Below, one piece after another: positions 63,951 through 64,000 of a stretch of DNA of 64,000 bases. Both the position numbers and the translations under genes were made by a program. Location of the stretch: contig NC_069003.1 of assembly GCF_001194135.2 (NCBI RefSeq), positions 9,805,538 to 9,869,537 of the forward strand. The letters are read 5' to 3'. Numbering within the stretch: position 1 is the stretch's first letter; the number at the start of each line of letters is the position of its first letter. This DNA is from Octopus bimaculoides (lineage: Eukaryota). Below the pieces are notes generated by a model. The model searched no databases and was not told the DNA's origin. It was given only the letters and a program-made list of their open reading frames with translations.

Positions 63951-64000
<50 letters not shown>

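Overview
Eukaryotic, AT-rich and very repeat-dense scaffold with about 16 N-gaps. It is inferred to be Octopus from its SINE families and (TA)n/(CA)n/(GATA)n load. One host gene is clearly recognisable: a + strand TMEM205 (DUF4149) gene. It has three firm coding exons (54134-54300, 55323-55486, 57161-57445) and two plausible phase-compatible 5' exons (50726-50755, 53076-53107), and it sits back-to-back with an unexplained 94-aa - strand ORF. The rest is layered mobile DNA: four tRNA-headed SINE families (my labels A-D), RTE, Tx1/L1, R4/Dong and Hero LINE remnants, mariner and maT remnants, a solo LTR, and several MITEs, some with clean TSDs. Two clades of Penelope-like elements (PLEs) are also present. 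The most interesting signal is a PLE family whose terminal repeat carries a minimal type-I hammerhead ribozyme (5 traces, one fully intact). In two independent insertions this repeat also has a tRNA-like segment between the GIY-YIG stop codon and the ribozyme: a full A/B-box head in one, only the A-box half in the other. Family assignments are from recalled motifs, no database searches were run, and SINE coordinates are approximate.
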